A stretch of 64,000 nucleotides of DNA. Source: Candidatus Woesearchaeota archaeon (GTDB taxonomy: Archaea; Nanobdellota; Nanobdellia; SCGC-AAA011-G17; UBA489). The position numbers were made by a program, and so were the translations under genes. The DNA lies in NCBI GenBank assembly GCA_018655015.1, contig JABIKK010000013.1, positions 44,071 to 108,070 of the forward strand. The letters run 5' to 3'. Under the pieces are notes generated by a model. The model was not told where the DNA came from, made no database searches, and worked only from the letters and a program-made list of their open reading frames with translations. The stretch's first letter is position 1, and each line of letters starts with the position of its first letter. Of this stretch, positions 8,909-17,853 are shown piece after piece.

Positions 8909-9376
8909 ATGACTCAAGAGATTAAGAACTTAATAAGATTGGCAAATACTGACATTGTAGGCCAGAAGAATATCCTATATGGTCTTACAAAAATCAAAGG
9001 TGTTAGCCTAGCTTTTTCTAACGCAATCTGTGAAGTTCTAAAAATAGACAAATTTGGTAAAATTGGGACCATGGATGAAAAAACTAAAGAGTCAATTGAA
9101 AATAAAATTAAAAATCCAGAGGGTGTACCAACTTGGATGTTCAACAGAAAAAAGGACTTTGACACAGGTGAAGATAAACATTTAACAGGTCCAAAATTAA
9201 AACTTACAAAAGAATTTGATATTAGACGTATGAAGAAAATAAAATCTTACAAGGGAGTAAGACACATGTTCAATCTTCCAGTAAGAGGCCAAAGAACAAA
9301 GGGTAACTTCAGAAGAGGAACCGTTGTTGGCGTAGTAAAGAAGGGAGCTCAAAAGGCAGGAGCAAAGAAGAAGTAA
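8909..9376 (+). CDS. rps13: 30S ribosomal protein S13 (uS13)
   Basis: 'YKGVRH', 'RGQRTK' and the basic C-tail. Confidence 0.9.
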   Translation: MTQEIKNLIRLANTDIVGQKNILYGLTKIKGVSLAFSNAICEVLKIDKFGKIGTMDEKTKESIENKIKNPEGVPTWMFNRKKDFDTGEDKHLTGPKLKLTKEFDIRRMKKIKSYKGVRHMFNLPVRGQRTKGNFRRGTVVGVVKKGAQKAGAKKK

Positions 9377-9377
9377 A

Positions 9378-10037
9378 ATGGGAACTGTAAGAAGACTTAG
9401 AAGTAAATATGATGGACCGTCGCACCCATGGGAAGCTGATAGGTTAGCTGAAGAAAAAAATCTTACAAAGGAATATGGCCTAAAAAATAAAAAAGAAATT
9501 TGGAAAATAAATTCTAAATTAAGAGGCTTAAAAACACAAGCAAAAAATCTAATCGCAGACAGAAGTGAACAAGCAAGAAAAGAAGAAAAATTACTTCTAG
9601 AAAAACTAGCAAGCTGGGGTGTCCTAAAAGAAGGAGCTACACTTGATGACGTTTTGGAAGTAAACGTAAGACAATTACTTGCAAGAAGATTACAATCAGT
9701 CACATTAACAAAAGGCCTTGCAAGAAGTAGCAGACAAGCCAGACAAATGATTTCTCACGGACATATTACAATCAATAAGAAAAAAACAAATATTCCTTCT
9801 TACTTAGTTAAGATTTCAGAAGAGTCAAAAATGGAATATTCACAAAATTCAAAATTCAAAGACTCTGAACATCCAGAATTAAACATTCAGAGAAAAGAAG
9901 ACCTTAAAAAAGTGGATGTAAAAGAAGTTCCTGTTAAAGAGAAACCAAAGGAAGCTCCTACTAAAGAAAAAGTTGAAGCTCCAGAACAACCTAAAGAAAC
10001 TAAAGTTGAACAACCAACTCAAGAGGTTAAACAATGA
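9378..10037 (+). CDS. rps4: 30S ribosomal protein S4 (uS4) with K/E-rich C-terminal extension
   Basis: N-terminal '[14 protein letters not shown]' S4 signature and S4 RNA-binding domain. ~60-aa lysine/glutamate-rich tail. Confidence 0.9.
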   Translation: MGTVRRLRSKYDGPSHPWEADRLAEEKNLTKEYGLKNKKEIWKINSKLRGLKTQAKNLIADRSEQARKEEKLLLEKLASWGVLKEGATLDDVLEVNVRQLLARRLQSVTLTKGLARSSRQARQMISHGHITINKKKTNIPSYLVKISEESKMEYSQNSKFKDSEHPELNIQRKEDLKKVDVKEVPVKEKPKEAPTKEKVEAPEQPKETKVEQPTQEVKQ

Positions 10038-10432
10038 GTGATGATAAAATGAGATGGGGAGTGGCACATATTTACTCCAGTCACAACAACACAATAATTC
10101 ATATTACAGATTTAACAGGTGCAGAAACAATTGCAAAAGCATCAGGTGGAATGGTTGTAAAAGCACATAGACTAGAAAGTTCACCAAATGCAGCAATGGC
10201 GGCGGCAAAACAAGCTGCAGAACAAGCAAGAGAAAAAGGAATAAACGGATTACATATTAGAATCAGAGCACCCGGAGGACACAACGGTCCAAATTCACCA
10301 GGTCCTGGAGCACAAGCTGCAGTAAGAGCATTATCAAGAAGCCGAATAAGAATCGGTGTTATCGAAGACGTAACCGGTCTTCCTACAGATGGATGTAGAA
10401 AAAAGCATGGTAAGAGAGGAAGGAGAGTTTAA
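10034..10432 (+). CDS. rps11: 30S ribosomal protein S11 (uS11)
   Basis: '[17 protein letters not shown]' S11 signature. Confidence 0.9.
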   Translation: MSDDKMRWGVAHIYSSHNNTIIHITDLTGAETIAKASGGMVVKAHRLESSPNAAMAAAKQAAEQAREKGINGLHIRIRAPGGHNGPNSPGPGAQAAVRALSRSRIRIGVIEDVTGLPTDGCRKKHGKRGRRV

Positions 10433-10434
10433 GG

Positions 10435-11211
10435 ATGGAAATTAAGGTTCTTAAGAAAGACGATTCTAGATCAATCTTTAAAATTTCTAAAATAAACCCT
10501 TCAATAGCTAACAGTATTAGAAGATACATTTTAGCTTACGTTCCAACCATGGCAATCCATGATGTTGAAATAAAGAGAAATGGTTCTGCATTATACGATG
10601 AAGTTCTAGCACATAGATTAGGATTAGTTCCAATTAAAACAGACTTAAAATCATATAAGCTTTGGGAAGGTAAAAAAACAGAAGTTCCAAAAAGCGCACA
10701 ATACGAATTAAAAATGACACTAAAGGCTAAAGGACCTTGCACAGTGTTTGCTTCAGACATTAAGTCTACAGATCCAAAAGTAGTTCCTGCATTTGATAAA
10801 ATGCCAATTGTTAAACTTCTTGAAGGTCAAGACATTGAATTAATTATGACTGCAAGACTTGGTCAGGGCAAAGAACATGTAAAATTCACACCCGCATTAG
10901 CGGTTTATAGAGGAGTTCCAGAATTAGTAGTTACAAAGGACAGCAACACAACCGCATGTCTAGAAAAATTATCAGATGCAATAACTAAGAAAGGAAACAA
11001 TCTAGAAATCAAAGATTTAACAAACTGGACTGAATCCTATGAAAACATTTGTGAACAAAATGGAATTGAAGTTAATTCCAGTAAGGAAGACTTTATTTTT
11101 ACAATAGAATCATGGGGACAATTGCCTCCAAGAGAAATCTTCACAAGAGCAATAGATGTTTTTGATTCTAAATTATCTGACTTTGAGACCATTGTTAAGA
11201 AGCTTAAGTAA
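10435..11211 (+). CDS. rpoD: DNA-directed RNA polymerase subunit D (Rpo3)
   Basis: Position after S13-S4-S11 is typical of archaea. Rpb3/alpha-like dimerisation motifs are present. Confidence 0.85.
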   Translation: MEIKVLKKDDSRSIFKISKINPSIANSIRRYILAYVPTMAIHDVEIKRNGSALYDEVLAHRLGLVPIKTDLKSYKLWEGKKTEVPKSAQYELKMTLKAKGPCTVFASDIKSTDPKVVPAFDKMPIVKLLEGQDIELIMTARLGQGKEHVKFTPALAVYRGVPELVVTKDSNTTACLEKLSDAITKKGNNLEIKDLTNWTESYENICEQNGIEVNSSKEDFIFTIESWGQLPPREIFTRAIDVFDSKLSDFETIVKKLK

Positions 11212-11254
11212 TCCTAGAAAGACTTAAAACAAATTAATAATTGGCTACGCTTAC

Positions 11255-11340
11255 GCGGGGGTCCCATAGTTAGGTCAATTGGACTAGGTTGAGGGCCTAG
11301 TGGCTTAGTGCCTGCGCAGGTTCGAATCCTGTCCTCCGCA
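11255..11340 (+). tRNA. tRNA-Leu (anticodon GAG), type II with long variable arm
   Basis: Manually folded cloverleaf: acceptor GCGGGGG/CCTCCGC, anticodon stem CTAGG/CCTAG with loop TTGAGGG, T-loop TTCGAAT, 15-nt variable arm. Confidence 0.85.
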
Positions 11341-11404
11341 TAAATCATAATAACTTCCAACATAACACAGCCCTCTAATTTAGAATCATGAGTTCAAACA
11401 ACAA

Positions 11405-12208
11405 CTAGATTTTGTAATCGTTAACAGTTTGAACAGGAATAGCAACGCCACGAGAATCAAAAGCTTCCAGATTTTTATCGATATTGTCCATATATCGCTC
11501 CACATAATGGGGAACAAGAATCTGCCTAAGATTACTTGGGGAAAGATTACGCCCCCTACGATCAAAAACGACAGGTACTTTTCTTTCTTCCCTTGGATGC
11601 AGTGCATCTGTCAAGTCTACTCCCAGTATCTGTCCAAGCGCACACGAAAATTTCTTCGATGATGACTTATCTTTAATCCAAAGCTCCATTTCGGATTGCG
11701 TCGGCGAATAATCTGAATCTCCGCTGCACAAATGGGTTTCATACAATGAAATCTTAGCTAGCTCAACTTGATACAAAAGCGTATTACAGAAAACAAAGCC
11801 TAACATTGGTTCACCAAGTAACCCTTCTAATGAACCTAGCTGCTCAATATCCGTTCCACTCCTAGAAGAATTAGAGGGGTGGTTATGCAACATCCCCACT
11901 AGTTGTAAGCCTTGATGTTCCTTTAAGAAATCACGATATTGATCCACAACATTTGGCTGTATAAATTCTCCTTGGCCCGCTATTTGGTCTGGAACATGTA
12001 AGTGAGTCACATTCAAAGATTCAGGTTTATCTGCCATAAGCCAATAGCTCCGCTCAATATGGGGCATAAGTAAATGGAGTGGATGAATTCGTGGGTCGAG
12101 AGCACTATAAAAAAATGGTTTGAGAATCGATTTATCCCCTGCTGACGCTTCAAAAAGGTCCCTTACAGCATTCCGCATTACGTCCTCATTAATTTGAACT
12201 TCTTCCAT
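11405..12208 (-). CDS. Hypothetical protein with JAMM/MPN-like H-x-H-x6-S-x2-D motif (HNHPSNSSRSGTD); GC-richer than surroundings
   Basis: Single 267-aa ORF with ~41 % GC versus ~34 % in the flanks, lying directly 3' of tRNA-Leu(GAG) and upstream of the L18e promoter. The motif resembles deubiquitinase-like metalloproteases of the JAB family. Confidence 0.45.
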   Translation of the reverse strand: MEEVQINEDVMRNAVRDLFEASAGDKSILKPFFYSALDPRIHPLHLLMPHIERSYWLMADKPESLNVTHLHVPDQIAGQGEFIQPNVVDQYRDFLKEHQGLQLVGMLHNHPSNSSRSGTDIEQLGSLEGLLGEPMLGFVFCNTLLYQVELAKISLYETHLCSGDSDYSPTQSEMELWIKDKSSSKKFSCALGQILGVDLTDALHPREERKVPVVFDRRGRNLSPSNLRQILVPHYVERYMDNIDKNLEAFDSRGVAIPVQTVNDYKI

Positions 12209-12388
12209 ATTTCATCTGCCTACAACTCAAAACCCTTTAAAATGCTTAAGTTTAGAGAATTATATACTCCAACATATATTTATAAGTATTACCATCTACA
12301 TGCAATTATTGATGAAATTTTCAATATTATCTATAAAAATTCATGAAAGGCAGAAGAGAAAACCCCCAAGTTCAATCTGACCCACCAG

Positions 12389-12400
12389 AACATTTATAAA
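12389..12400 (+). promoter_or_regulatory. BRE/TATA box (AACATTTATAAA) for L18e-L13-S9-RpoN operon
   Basis: Consensus motif 76 nt upstream of the L18e ATG. Confidence 0.5.
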
Positions 12401-12475
12401 TCGTTAATTCACAAACTAATTACTCTGCAAGCGTAAGCGAACAGTAGAGCACAAACGTGTTCTAAATCAAATAAA

Positions 12476-12826
12476 ATGAAAATAACTGGACCATCAAACC
12501 CAAATTTACAGTCTCTAATCAAAGAGCTAAAAACCCTTAGTATTACTAATAAAGTAAATCTATGGAAAAGAGTAGCTACAGAGTTAGAAAAATCAACAAG
12601 AAATAGAAGAAAAGTAAATATTCATCAAATTCAAAAACACTCCAACGATGGAGAAACAGTTCTAGTTCCTGGAAAAGTTCTTTCAATGGGAACTTTAACA
12701 AAACAAGTTAAGGTTGCAGCTTGGGCATTCTCAGAAGAAGCAACTAAAAAAATCAAAGATTCTACTTCAATTAATCAACTTATGAAAGACAATCCAAAAG
12801 GGAGTAAAGTTAGAATAATTTGTTAA
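12476..12826 (+). CDS. rpl18e: 50S ribosomal protein L18e (eL18)
   Basis: 'VPGKVLSMGTL...VAAWAFSEEATKKI' L18e pattern; first gene of the conserved L18e-L13-S9-RpoN cluster. Confidence 0.85.
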   Translation: MKITGPSNPNLQSLIKELKTLSITNKVNLWKRVATELEKSTRNRRKVNIHQIQKHSNDGETVLVPGKVLSMGTLTKQVKVAAWAFSEEATKKIKDSTSINQLMKDNPKGSKVRIIC

Positions 12827-12827
12827 A

Positions 12828-13244
12828 ATGATACTTGATGGAAAAAACTTAATCGCTGGAAGACTTGCAAGTTTCGCAGCAAAGCAAGCTTTATTTGGGA
12901 ACGATATTGAGATTATTAATTCAGAATTAGTTATGATTACTGGAAGTAAGAGTAACGTAATGGCAAAACAAAATGAAAGACAAGCAAGAGGTCATCCATA
13001 CAAAGGACCATTTGTTCCAAGAAGGGAAGATCTTTTACTAAGAAGAATGATTAGGGGAATGTTACCTTACAAACAATCAAGAGGAATGATCGCATTCAAA
13101 AAAGTAAAGTGTCATTTAGGAATTCCTGATGAACTAAAAGACAAGCCCACAACTGAAGTAAAGGGCGCAAACATCACAAAGACGCAAACTCTTAAATATA
13201 TTCGTTTAGCAGAGGTTAGTAAGCTAATTGGTAGAAAAAAATGA
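12828..13244 (+). CDS. rpl13: 50S ribosomal protein L13 (uL13)
   Basis: 'DGKNLIAGRLAS..AKQAL' N-terminus typical of L13. Confidence 0.9.
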   Translation: MILDGKNLIAGRLASFAAKQALFGNDIEIINSELVMITGSKSNVMAKQNERQARGHPYKGPFVPRREDLLLRRMIRGMLPYKQSRGMIAFKKVKCHLGIPDELKDKPTTEVKGANITKTQTLKYIRLAEVSKLIGRKK

Positions 13245-13642
13245 AAACAATAAACGTTTCCGGAAGTAGAAAAAAAGCAGTAGCTAGAGCAACAATTAAA
13301 GATGGAAAAGGAATAGTTAGAATTAACAAACAATCGATTGAAACAATTGAACCGGAAATATCAAGATTAAGATTACAAGAGCCTTTAGAAATAGCTAAGG
13401 ACTTCTCAAAGAAAGTAAACATTGACTTAAAGGTAGCAGGTGGAGGTTCACAAAGCCAAATAGAAGCTTGTAGGCTAGCCATTGCAAAGTCAATTTACGC
13501 ATACTCAAATAAAGACGCACAATTAAGAAAAGATTTCATAGATTACGATAGACACTTACTAATCGCAGATACTAGAAGAAATGAACCTCACAAACCTAAC
13601 GATTCAAAACCAAGGGCAAAGAGGCAATTCTCTAAGAGATAG
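13241..13642 (+). CDS. rps9: 30S ribosomal protein S9 (uS9)
   Basis: 'GSRKKAVARATIKDGKG' and C-terminal 'RRNEPHKPNDSKPRAKRQFSKR'. Confidence 0.9.
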   Translation: MKTINVSGSRKKAVARATIKDGKGIVRINKQSIETIEPEISRLRLQEPLEIAKDFSKKVNIDLKVAGGGSQSQIEACRLAIAKSIYAYSNKDAQLRKDFIDYDRHLLIADTRRNEPHKPNDSKPRAKRQFSKR

Positions 13643-13645
13643 AAA

Positions 13646-13843
13646 ATGATTATACCAATAAGATGTTTTTCATGCGGCAAACCAATTGCACAGCTATGGG
13701 AAGAGTATAAAACAAGAACAGAGAAAGGCGAAGAACCAAAGAAGGTTATGAAAGACGTGGGTTTAGAAAGATACTGCTGCAAAGCAATTTTCTTAGGTCA
13801 CATCGACTTAATAGACACAGTTGCTAAGTTTAAGAAAGCTTAA
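13646..13843 (+). CDS. rpoN: DNA-directed RNA polymerase subunit N (Rpo10)
   Basis: 'MIIPIRCFSCGKPI...YCC' zinc-binding signature of Rpb10/RpoN. Confidence 0.9.
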   Translation: MIIPIRCFSCGKPIAQLWEEYKTRTEKGEEPKKVMKDVGLERYCCKAIFLGHIDLIDTVAKFKKA

Positions 13844-13891
13844 GTTTAGAATTTTTTTAATAAAATTAAACCTCTTAGTTCAACCTATAAA

Positions 13892-14356
13892 TTAATCTTT
13901 TTTACAATAAACTACATTGGTATACGCAGGATCATGAACTGCCCATGGACCAGATCTCCAAGCCCCATCTGCCGTCCCAACTTCAGAGCTGGATTCGTCC
14001 TTCCATTCTAACTTAATTTTTGCAACCTTAACTGTCCCACTACAACAATCAGCACCAGTGCTATATGTGTGAACTCGGTATTCATTACTTCCTCCCACTA
14101 ATCCAACATTAGCCACATCATCACCACGGGGGAATCTTCCATCTAATTCAGTATACCTCGTCCAACCAGTAGGACAATCCGTATCAAACATAGCAACCAT
14201 CCCTGTAAAAAGTCCATCTAAGCCTTCAATTTGATCAGCAGTATGCCCATAATTATTAACGCCCTGACCTTGTACAAAAACTATAGTTCCAAAGGCTAAC
14301 ACTAAAATGATAAGAAGATACATATGCCTCTTTTGAACTGAAATGTTAATATTCAC
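13892..14356 (-). CDS. Small secreted protein, member 4 (diverged) of the conserved-leader family
   Basis: 'MNINISVQKRHMYLLIILVLAFGTIVFVQGQGVNNYGH' leader homologous to members 1-3, with an unrelated Cys-containing C-terminal domain. Inserted antisense between rpoN and the SprT-like gene. Confidence 0.65.
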   Translation of the reverse strand: MNINISVQKRHMYLLIILVLAFGTIVFVQGQGVNNYGHTADQIEGLDGLFTGMVAMFDTDCPTGWTRYTELDGRFPRGDDVANVGLVGGSNEYRVHTYSTGADCCSGTVKVAKIKLEWKDESSSEVGTADGAWRSGPWAVHDPAYTNVVYCKKD

Positions 14357-14435
14357 CTAAATCAGAAGGCAATAGGAAGTTTATAAATATTCCTTCACAT
14401 AAATCCTTTTAATCTCATTAGTAATATACTAAAAA

Positions 14436-14900
14436 ATGAGAGATGATACGTGGCTTGAGCAAAGATTTGATCAAATTTGGACATTATTCTTCCCAGATGT
14501 AGAAAAGAAGAACGTATCAATAAGGTGGAAAGGCAAGTGGAAAAACAAATTTGGACACATAACCACCACCAAAGATAAAAAAAGTGAGATAGTAATTAAC
14601 AAATTATTCAAAGATTTACAAGTACCCGAAGACGTAATAAAATTAACAATAGCACATGAAATAGTTCATTACTCCCACGGATTTCATTCACACCTACCAA
14701 GATTACACAAACATCCCCACAAAGGAGGGGTAGTTGAAAAAGATCTTAAAAAACGAGGATTCTCATACATGCTAAAAAAAGAAAAAGAATGGCAAAAAAA
14801 AGAATGGTTCAATTTATTCAAAGAACTAATGCCTCATAAAGTTCAACCAAGAACAAGAATAATAAAACAAAGGAAACCTTTCAGTTTCTTTAGACTCTAG
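14436..14900 (+). CDS. SprT-like zinc metallopeptidase (HExxH)
   Basis: 'KFGHITTT.....IVINKLF...IAHEIVHY' matches the SprT/Wss1-like fold motif. Confidence 0.6.
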   Translation: MRDDTWLEQRFDQIWTLFFPDVEKKNVSIRWKGKWKNKFGHITTTKDKKSEIVINKLFKDLQVPEDVIKLTIAHEIVHYSHGFHSHLPRLHKHPHKGGVVEKDLKKRGFSYMLKKEKEWQKKEWFNLFKELMPHKVQPRTRIIKQRKPFSFFRL

Positions 14901-15198
14901 GCTTTAATAACATACGTCTATAGTTCTTACATTTCGAACAAAACACAATTAACTTTCCATTTCTAGTCCTAACTTTAGAATTAACTCCTGAAGAAAGGTA
15001 TATCTTACATTTTCTACAATAATTTGATCTAAATTTCCTAGGAATTCTAACGCCCGCCTTAGCTACAAGTCTTAAAACAATCTTAACATATCTATGACTT
15101 CTCTCAGGGTGATTCTTAAACTCAGAAGAAGCCTCTGAAAACAAAGTATTAATTCTCTCCAGTGCAATTGATCTCACATTTCCTATTCGTTTAGCCAT
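14890..15198 (-). CDS. rnp4: RNase P protein component 4 (Rpp21/Rpr2)
   Basis: 'RSHRYVKIVLRLVAKAGVRIPRKFRSNYCRKCKIYL...VFCSKCKNY' is an Rpr2 zinc ribbon. Start placed at the internal Met (MAKRIG). Confidence 0.75.
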   Translation of the reverse strand: MAKRIGNVRSIALERINTLFSEASSEFKNHPERSHRYVKIVLRLVAKAGVRIPRKFRSNYCRKCKIYLSSGVNSKVRTRNGKLIVFCSKCKNYRRMLLKPRV

Positions 15199-15273
15199 AC
15201 AAAACCCAACATTTAACCATATAAATAACTTATTACAGAAAAGATTATAAATCCCCATTAAAGGTCAAGAATA

Positions 15274-15981
15274 ATGAAAAAGAGAAATAATCAAAAAAAG
15301 GTATATTTGATCATCGGAGCAGCGATAATTCTGATAATATTACTATTAGTATTAAATCAAACACCAGTTCGAGACTTTACATTCGAAGAAGGTTACAATG
15401 AAATAGTCCAACTAGATGAAAAATACGAAACAAGCTTCAAGACAGAAAGCATTCCAGACGAACTAATAAATTACAAAAATGTTGATCCTTTTGTTGAAGA
15501 CTTAACCGCCCTTAGGGAAGAAGTTGCACTTTCTGCAAATAAAAATCCAACCGAAGAAAAAGAAGCTCTACTCTTATTAATTGACGCAAGAACGCTGATG
15601 ATTTTATCAGAAAAAAGTTATACTAATGGAAAGTCCATTGGCCCAATGGGAATTGCAGACGATGAAGAAGGTTTTAGTTGTAGAGAAGCAGGATACTTAA
15701 TCAATGGGGCATATTACTTTAACAAAAGTTATGGTGCTGGAGTTGAGGCATACTTAGCATTAGACAAACTACTCGGTCACAATCAACAAACTCCTGGAGT
15801 TTGGGATTTAGTGGGTGTTAATGATGAGAAACCAAGGTTTTTCTATTCTAAATTAGGCGCAATAAAAATAACAGTTGCAAGAAATCTAATAGCACTTGAA
15901 GAATTTTGTTTAATTGACATGAGCCAGGGACTAATCTCCCCAGTAGATCCAGAAAATTATATTCTTATAGACAATGTTTAA
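15274..15981 (+). CDS. Hypothetical signal-anchored secreted protein
   Basis: Basic N-terminus followed by a hydrophobic stretch (LIIGAAIILIILLLVL). No recognisable domain. Confidence 0.45.
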   Translation: MKKRNNQKKVYLIIGAAIILIILLLVLNQTPVRDFTFEEGYNEIVQLDEKYETSFKTESIPDELINYKNVDPFVEDLTALREEVALSANKNPTEEKEALLLLIDARTLMILSEKSYTNGKSIGPMGIADDEEGFSCREAGYLINGAYYFNKSYGAGVEAYLALDKLLGHNQQTPGVWDLVGVNDEKPRFFYSKLGAIKITVARNLIALEEFCLIDMSQGLISPVDPENYILIDNV

Positions 15982-16051
15982 AAAGCAACAAGAAAAAGAC
16001 TTAAATATCCCTTGTACCACTTGAGAGGGTTAACAATCTGGAGGCTTTAAT

Positions 16052-16249
16052 ATGGAATATAAAGACGAAAAAGGGAATACACTATACGGTTTTTCACAAG
16101 AAAGCCTAGAGAAAACAAACAAACAGATCACAGAAACAAATAAGCTAATTCAGGTTCTAATCATTCTAATTCTAATGATTCTACTCCTAGGAATAGGGTT
16201 TGCAGGATGGCTTAAAATGAATAGTATCTTTGATTTATTGATAAGATAA
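16052..16249 (+). CDS. Small hypothetical membrane protein
   Basis: 65 aa with one TM helix (LIQVLIILILMILLLGIGFAGWL). Confidence 0.3.
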   Translation: MEYKDEKGNTLYGFSQESLEKTNKQITETNKLIQVLIILILMILLLGIGFAGWLKMNSIFDLLIR

Positions 16250-16261
16250 GGCAAGCCAAAA

Positions 16262-16274
16262 CTCTTATAAATCG
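16262..16274 (+). promoter_or_regulatory. TATA box (CTTATAAATCG) for 5S rRNA
   Basis: Lies ~25 nt upstream of the inferred 5S 5' end and shares TTATAAATCGTT with the L18e promoter. Confidence 0.45.
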
Positions 16275-16293
16275 TTTAAATCATAAAATTATT

Positions 16294-16410
16294 GAGGACG
16301 ACCATGGCAGCTTGGTTCCACCTGTTCCCATTCCGAACACAGCAAGTTAAGCAAGCTCACGTTCCAAGTTGTACTGCACTTTGTTGTGGGAACCTTGGTT
16401 AGTTGTCCCT
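16294..16410 (+). rRNA. 5S ribosomal RNA (stand-alone, not linked to 16S/23S)
   Basis: Contains the universal 5S core 'CCCATTCCGAACACAGCAAGTTAAGC' and '...GTACTGCAC...GGGAAC'. Terminal helix GGACGAC/GTTGTCC. Confidence 0.85.
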
Positions 16411-17109
16411 TTTATTTTCTAATTTATTTAACAAATCCGCAAATTTAACAGGATTTTTAGAGGGAGTTGCATTGTAACTTTCAACCATCAAATCAAGAAT
16501 ATATTGTTTCATAGGATGTGTTAGAGGAACGTACTTTCTAAAGAGGAAAATATTTCTTCTTCCTGTAATTCCTAAAACCCAGGTGTCATCTTTCAGTCTA
16601 TTGTTCCTCCTCAAACGATTACATGAAATGCCTAGAGAAAAAAGAATTTCACCAATCTCCTTCAAAATTCCATAAGAATTAGAATAAAAATTTACATTCC
16701 TCTTCCATGCATTTTCAGACAGACTGAATCTTAGTCCAACACAACCTTCATCATCGAAAAAAGAACCAATAAATGCAAGCTTAATACCAATGTTAGCTTC
16801 TAGAACTTTTTTTGGAATCTTTATTTTATTACATCCAAACGATTCAAGATAATTAAAAAAAAACTCAATGAGCGCCCTTCTCTGAAACTGCACAAAGGAT
16901 GTACCTGAGTTGACCGTGCCATAAGTAAGGTGAATTTCTCCAAAAATTTCAATAAGATCCTTTTCGAATTGACTAAGCAAAGCCTTACAAGTATTGTTGT
17001 ACCTTGCATATTTAGGACTAATGTGGCCATCTCCACAAAGTTTAGCCAAACATCTTGCAAGAGCGACGTTCATCATAGCGTAATAATGAAAACATGGAAG
17101 ATAAAACAA
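16399..17109 (-). CDS. Free-standing double-motif LAGLIDADG homing endonuclease
   Basis: Two LAGLIDADG-type motifs, 'LAKLCGDGHIS' and 'IGSFFDDEGCV', at the spacing expected for a monomeric two-domain enzyme. The stop overlaps the 3' end of the 5S rRNA antisense. True start is probably M12/M13 (~17076). Confidence 0.75.
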   Translation of the reverse strand: MFYLPCFHYYAMMNVALARCLAKLCGDGHISPKYARYNNTCKALLSQFEKDLIEIFGEIHLTYGTVNSGTSFVQFQRRALIEFFFNYLESFGCNKIKIPKKVLEANIGIKLAFIGSFFDDEGCVGLRFSLSENAWKRNVNFYSNSYGILKEIGEILFSLGISCNRLRRNNRLKDDTWVLGITGRRNIFLFRKYVPLTHPMKQYILDLMVESYNATPSKNPVKFADLLNKLENKRDN

Positions 17110-17139
17110 TCTAAACAGCTAAGTAAGTGCAGTAAGTAG

Positions 17140-17508
17140 TTAAGACCAAATATTCAAGAATACGCCCCAGTAATGAACAATAACATAAAGCCAGATAATA
17201 TAGGCTACAACAGCAGAAATCAAAACAACTAGAACAGTATTTACAATCTCATTCTTTCTCCTTTTCACTTGATCAATAGTACATATTTTCTTCTTCCTAA
17301 AATAAATAATCAGTGATATTGTTAATAAAATCAAACCAAGTAACCTAAATATCCATTTATACTGACCATATAAGACATCTGTCAATGAGGCCGCATAACT
17401 AACAGTTCCAAAACCAAATAGAAGAAGTATTATCGGTGATAAACAACAAAGTGATGCAAATAAAACTGGAATTCCAGTTATCTTAAGTAATTCTTTTATA
17501 CTAACCAT
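17140..17508 (-). CDS. Hypothetical integral membrane protein (3 TM)
   Basis: Hydrophobicity pattern only. Confidence 0.4.
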   Translation of the reverse strand: MVSIKELLKITGIPVLFASLCCLSPIILLLFGFGTVSYAASLTDVLYGQYKWIFRLLGLILLTISLIIYFRKKKICTIDQVKRRKNEIVNTVLVVLISAVVAYIIWLYVIVHYWGVFLNIWS

Positions 17509-17853
17509 TCAAATCATCTTCAGTCCGCCAGTCACGGTATCAATTTTTTCCACTATATCTGGTCCGATTGCACAGCAAGTAGTTGTACTAGTGTCAAAAA
17601 AAGTTTTACCTGCATCTGTAATTATAGCAGTTTTTATTTTCTGCGCCCTTGCTTTCTTTAAGTAATATCTTAAATCAACTTCGTCAACAACTTTCAGAAC
17701 AACTTTCATCATCCCTTCTCGTCTCCAAGAATTAACTTTATCACTGCTTGAACCAAGAACAGCTTCAACACTAGCGTGTGCAACTTGCACAGCCAACTTG
17801 CCCTTAGGCATTTTTAAATCAGATCTAACCAATATAACTTGTTTAAAGCTCAT
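17509..17853 (-). CDS. pth2: Peptidyl-tRNA hydrolase, archaeal type (Pth2)
   Basis: 'ILVRSDLKMPKGKLAVQVAHASV' is the canonical PTH2 N-terminus. Confidence 0.85.
   Translation of the reverse strand: MSFKQVILVRSDLKMPKGKLAVQVAHASVEAVLGSSSDKVNSWRREGMMKVVLKVVDEVDLRYYLKKARAQKIKTAIITDAGKTFFDTSTTTCCAIGPDIVEKIDTVTGGLKMI

Noticed and set aside
7426-10760. Antisense ORFs overlapping the ribosomal-protein/RNAP genes (7426-7746, 7963-8277, 8517-8858, 8914-9165, 9197-9703, 9879-10094, 10099-10284, 10536-10760)
   Set aside because: All lie antisense to highly conserved r-protein/RNAP genes, have low-complexity composition and no motifs; these are artefacts of an AT-rich genome.
11386-11662. ORFs 11386-11607 (-) and 11429-11662 (+)
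   Set aside because: Overlap the 3' part of the better-supported 267-aa JAMM-like gene; no independent support.
274-14356. Diversity-generating retroelement targeting the variable-C-terminus family
   Set aside because: No reverse transcriptase, template repeat or adenine-specific substitution pattern is present anywhere in the window; variation looks like paralog divergence or domain shuffling.
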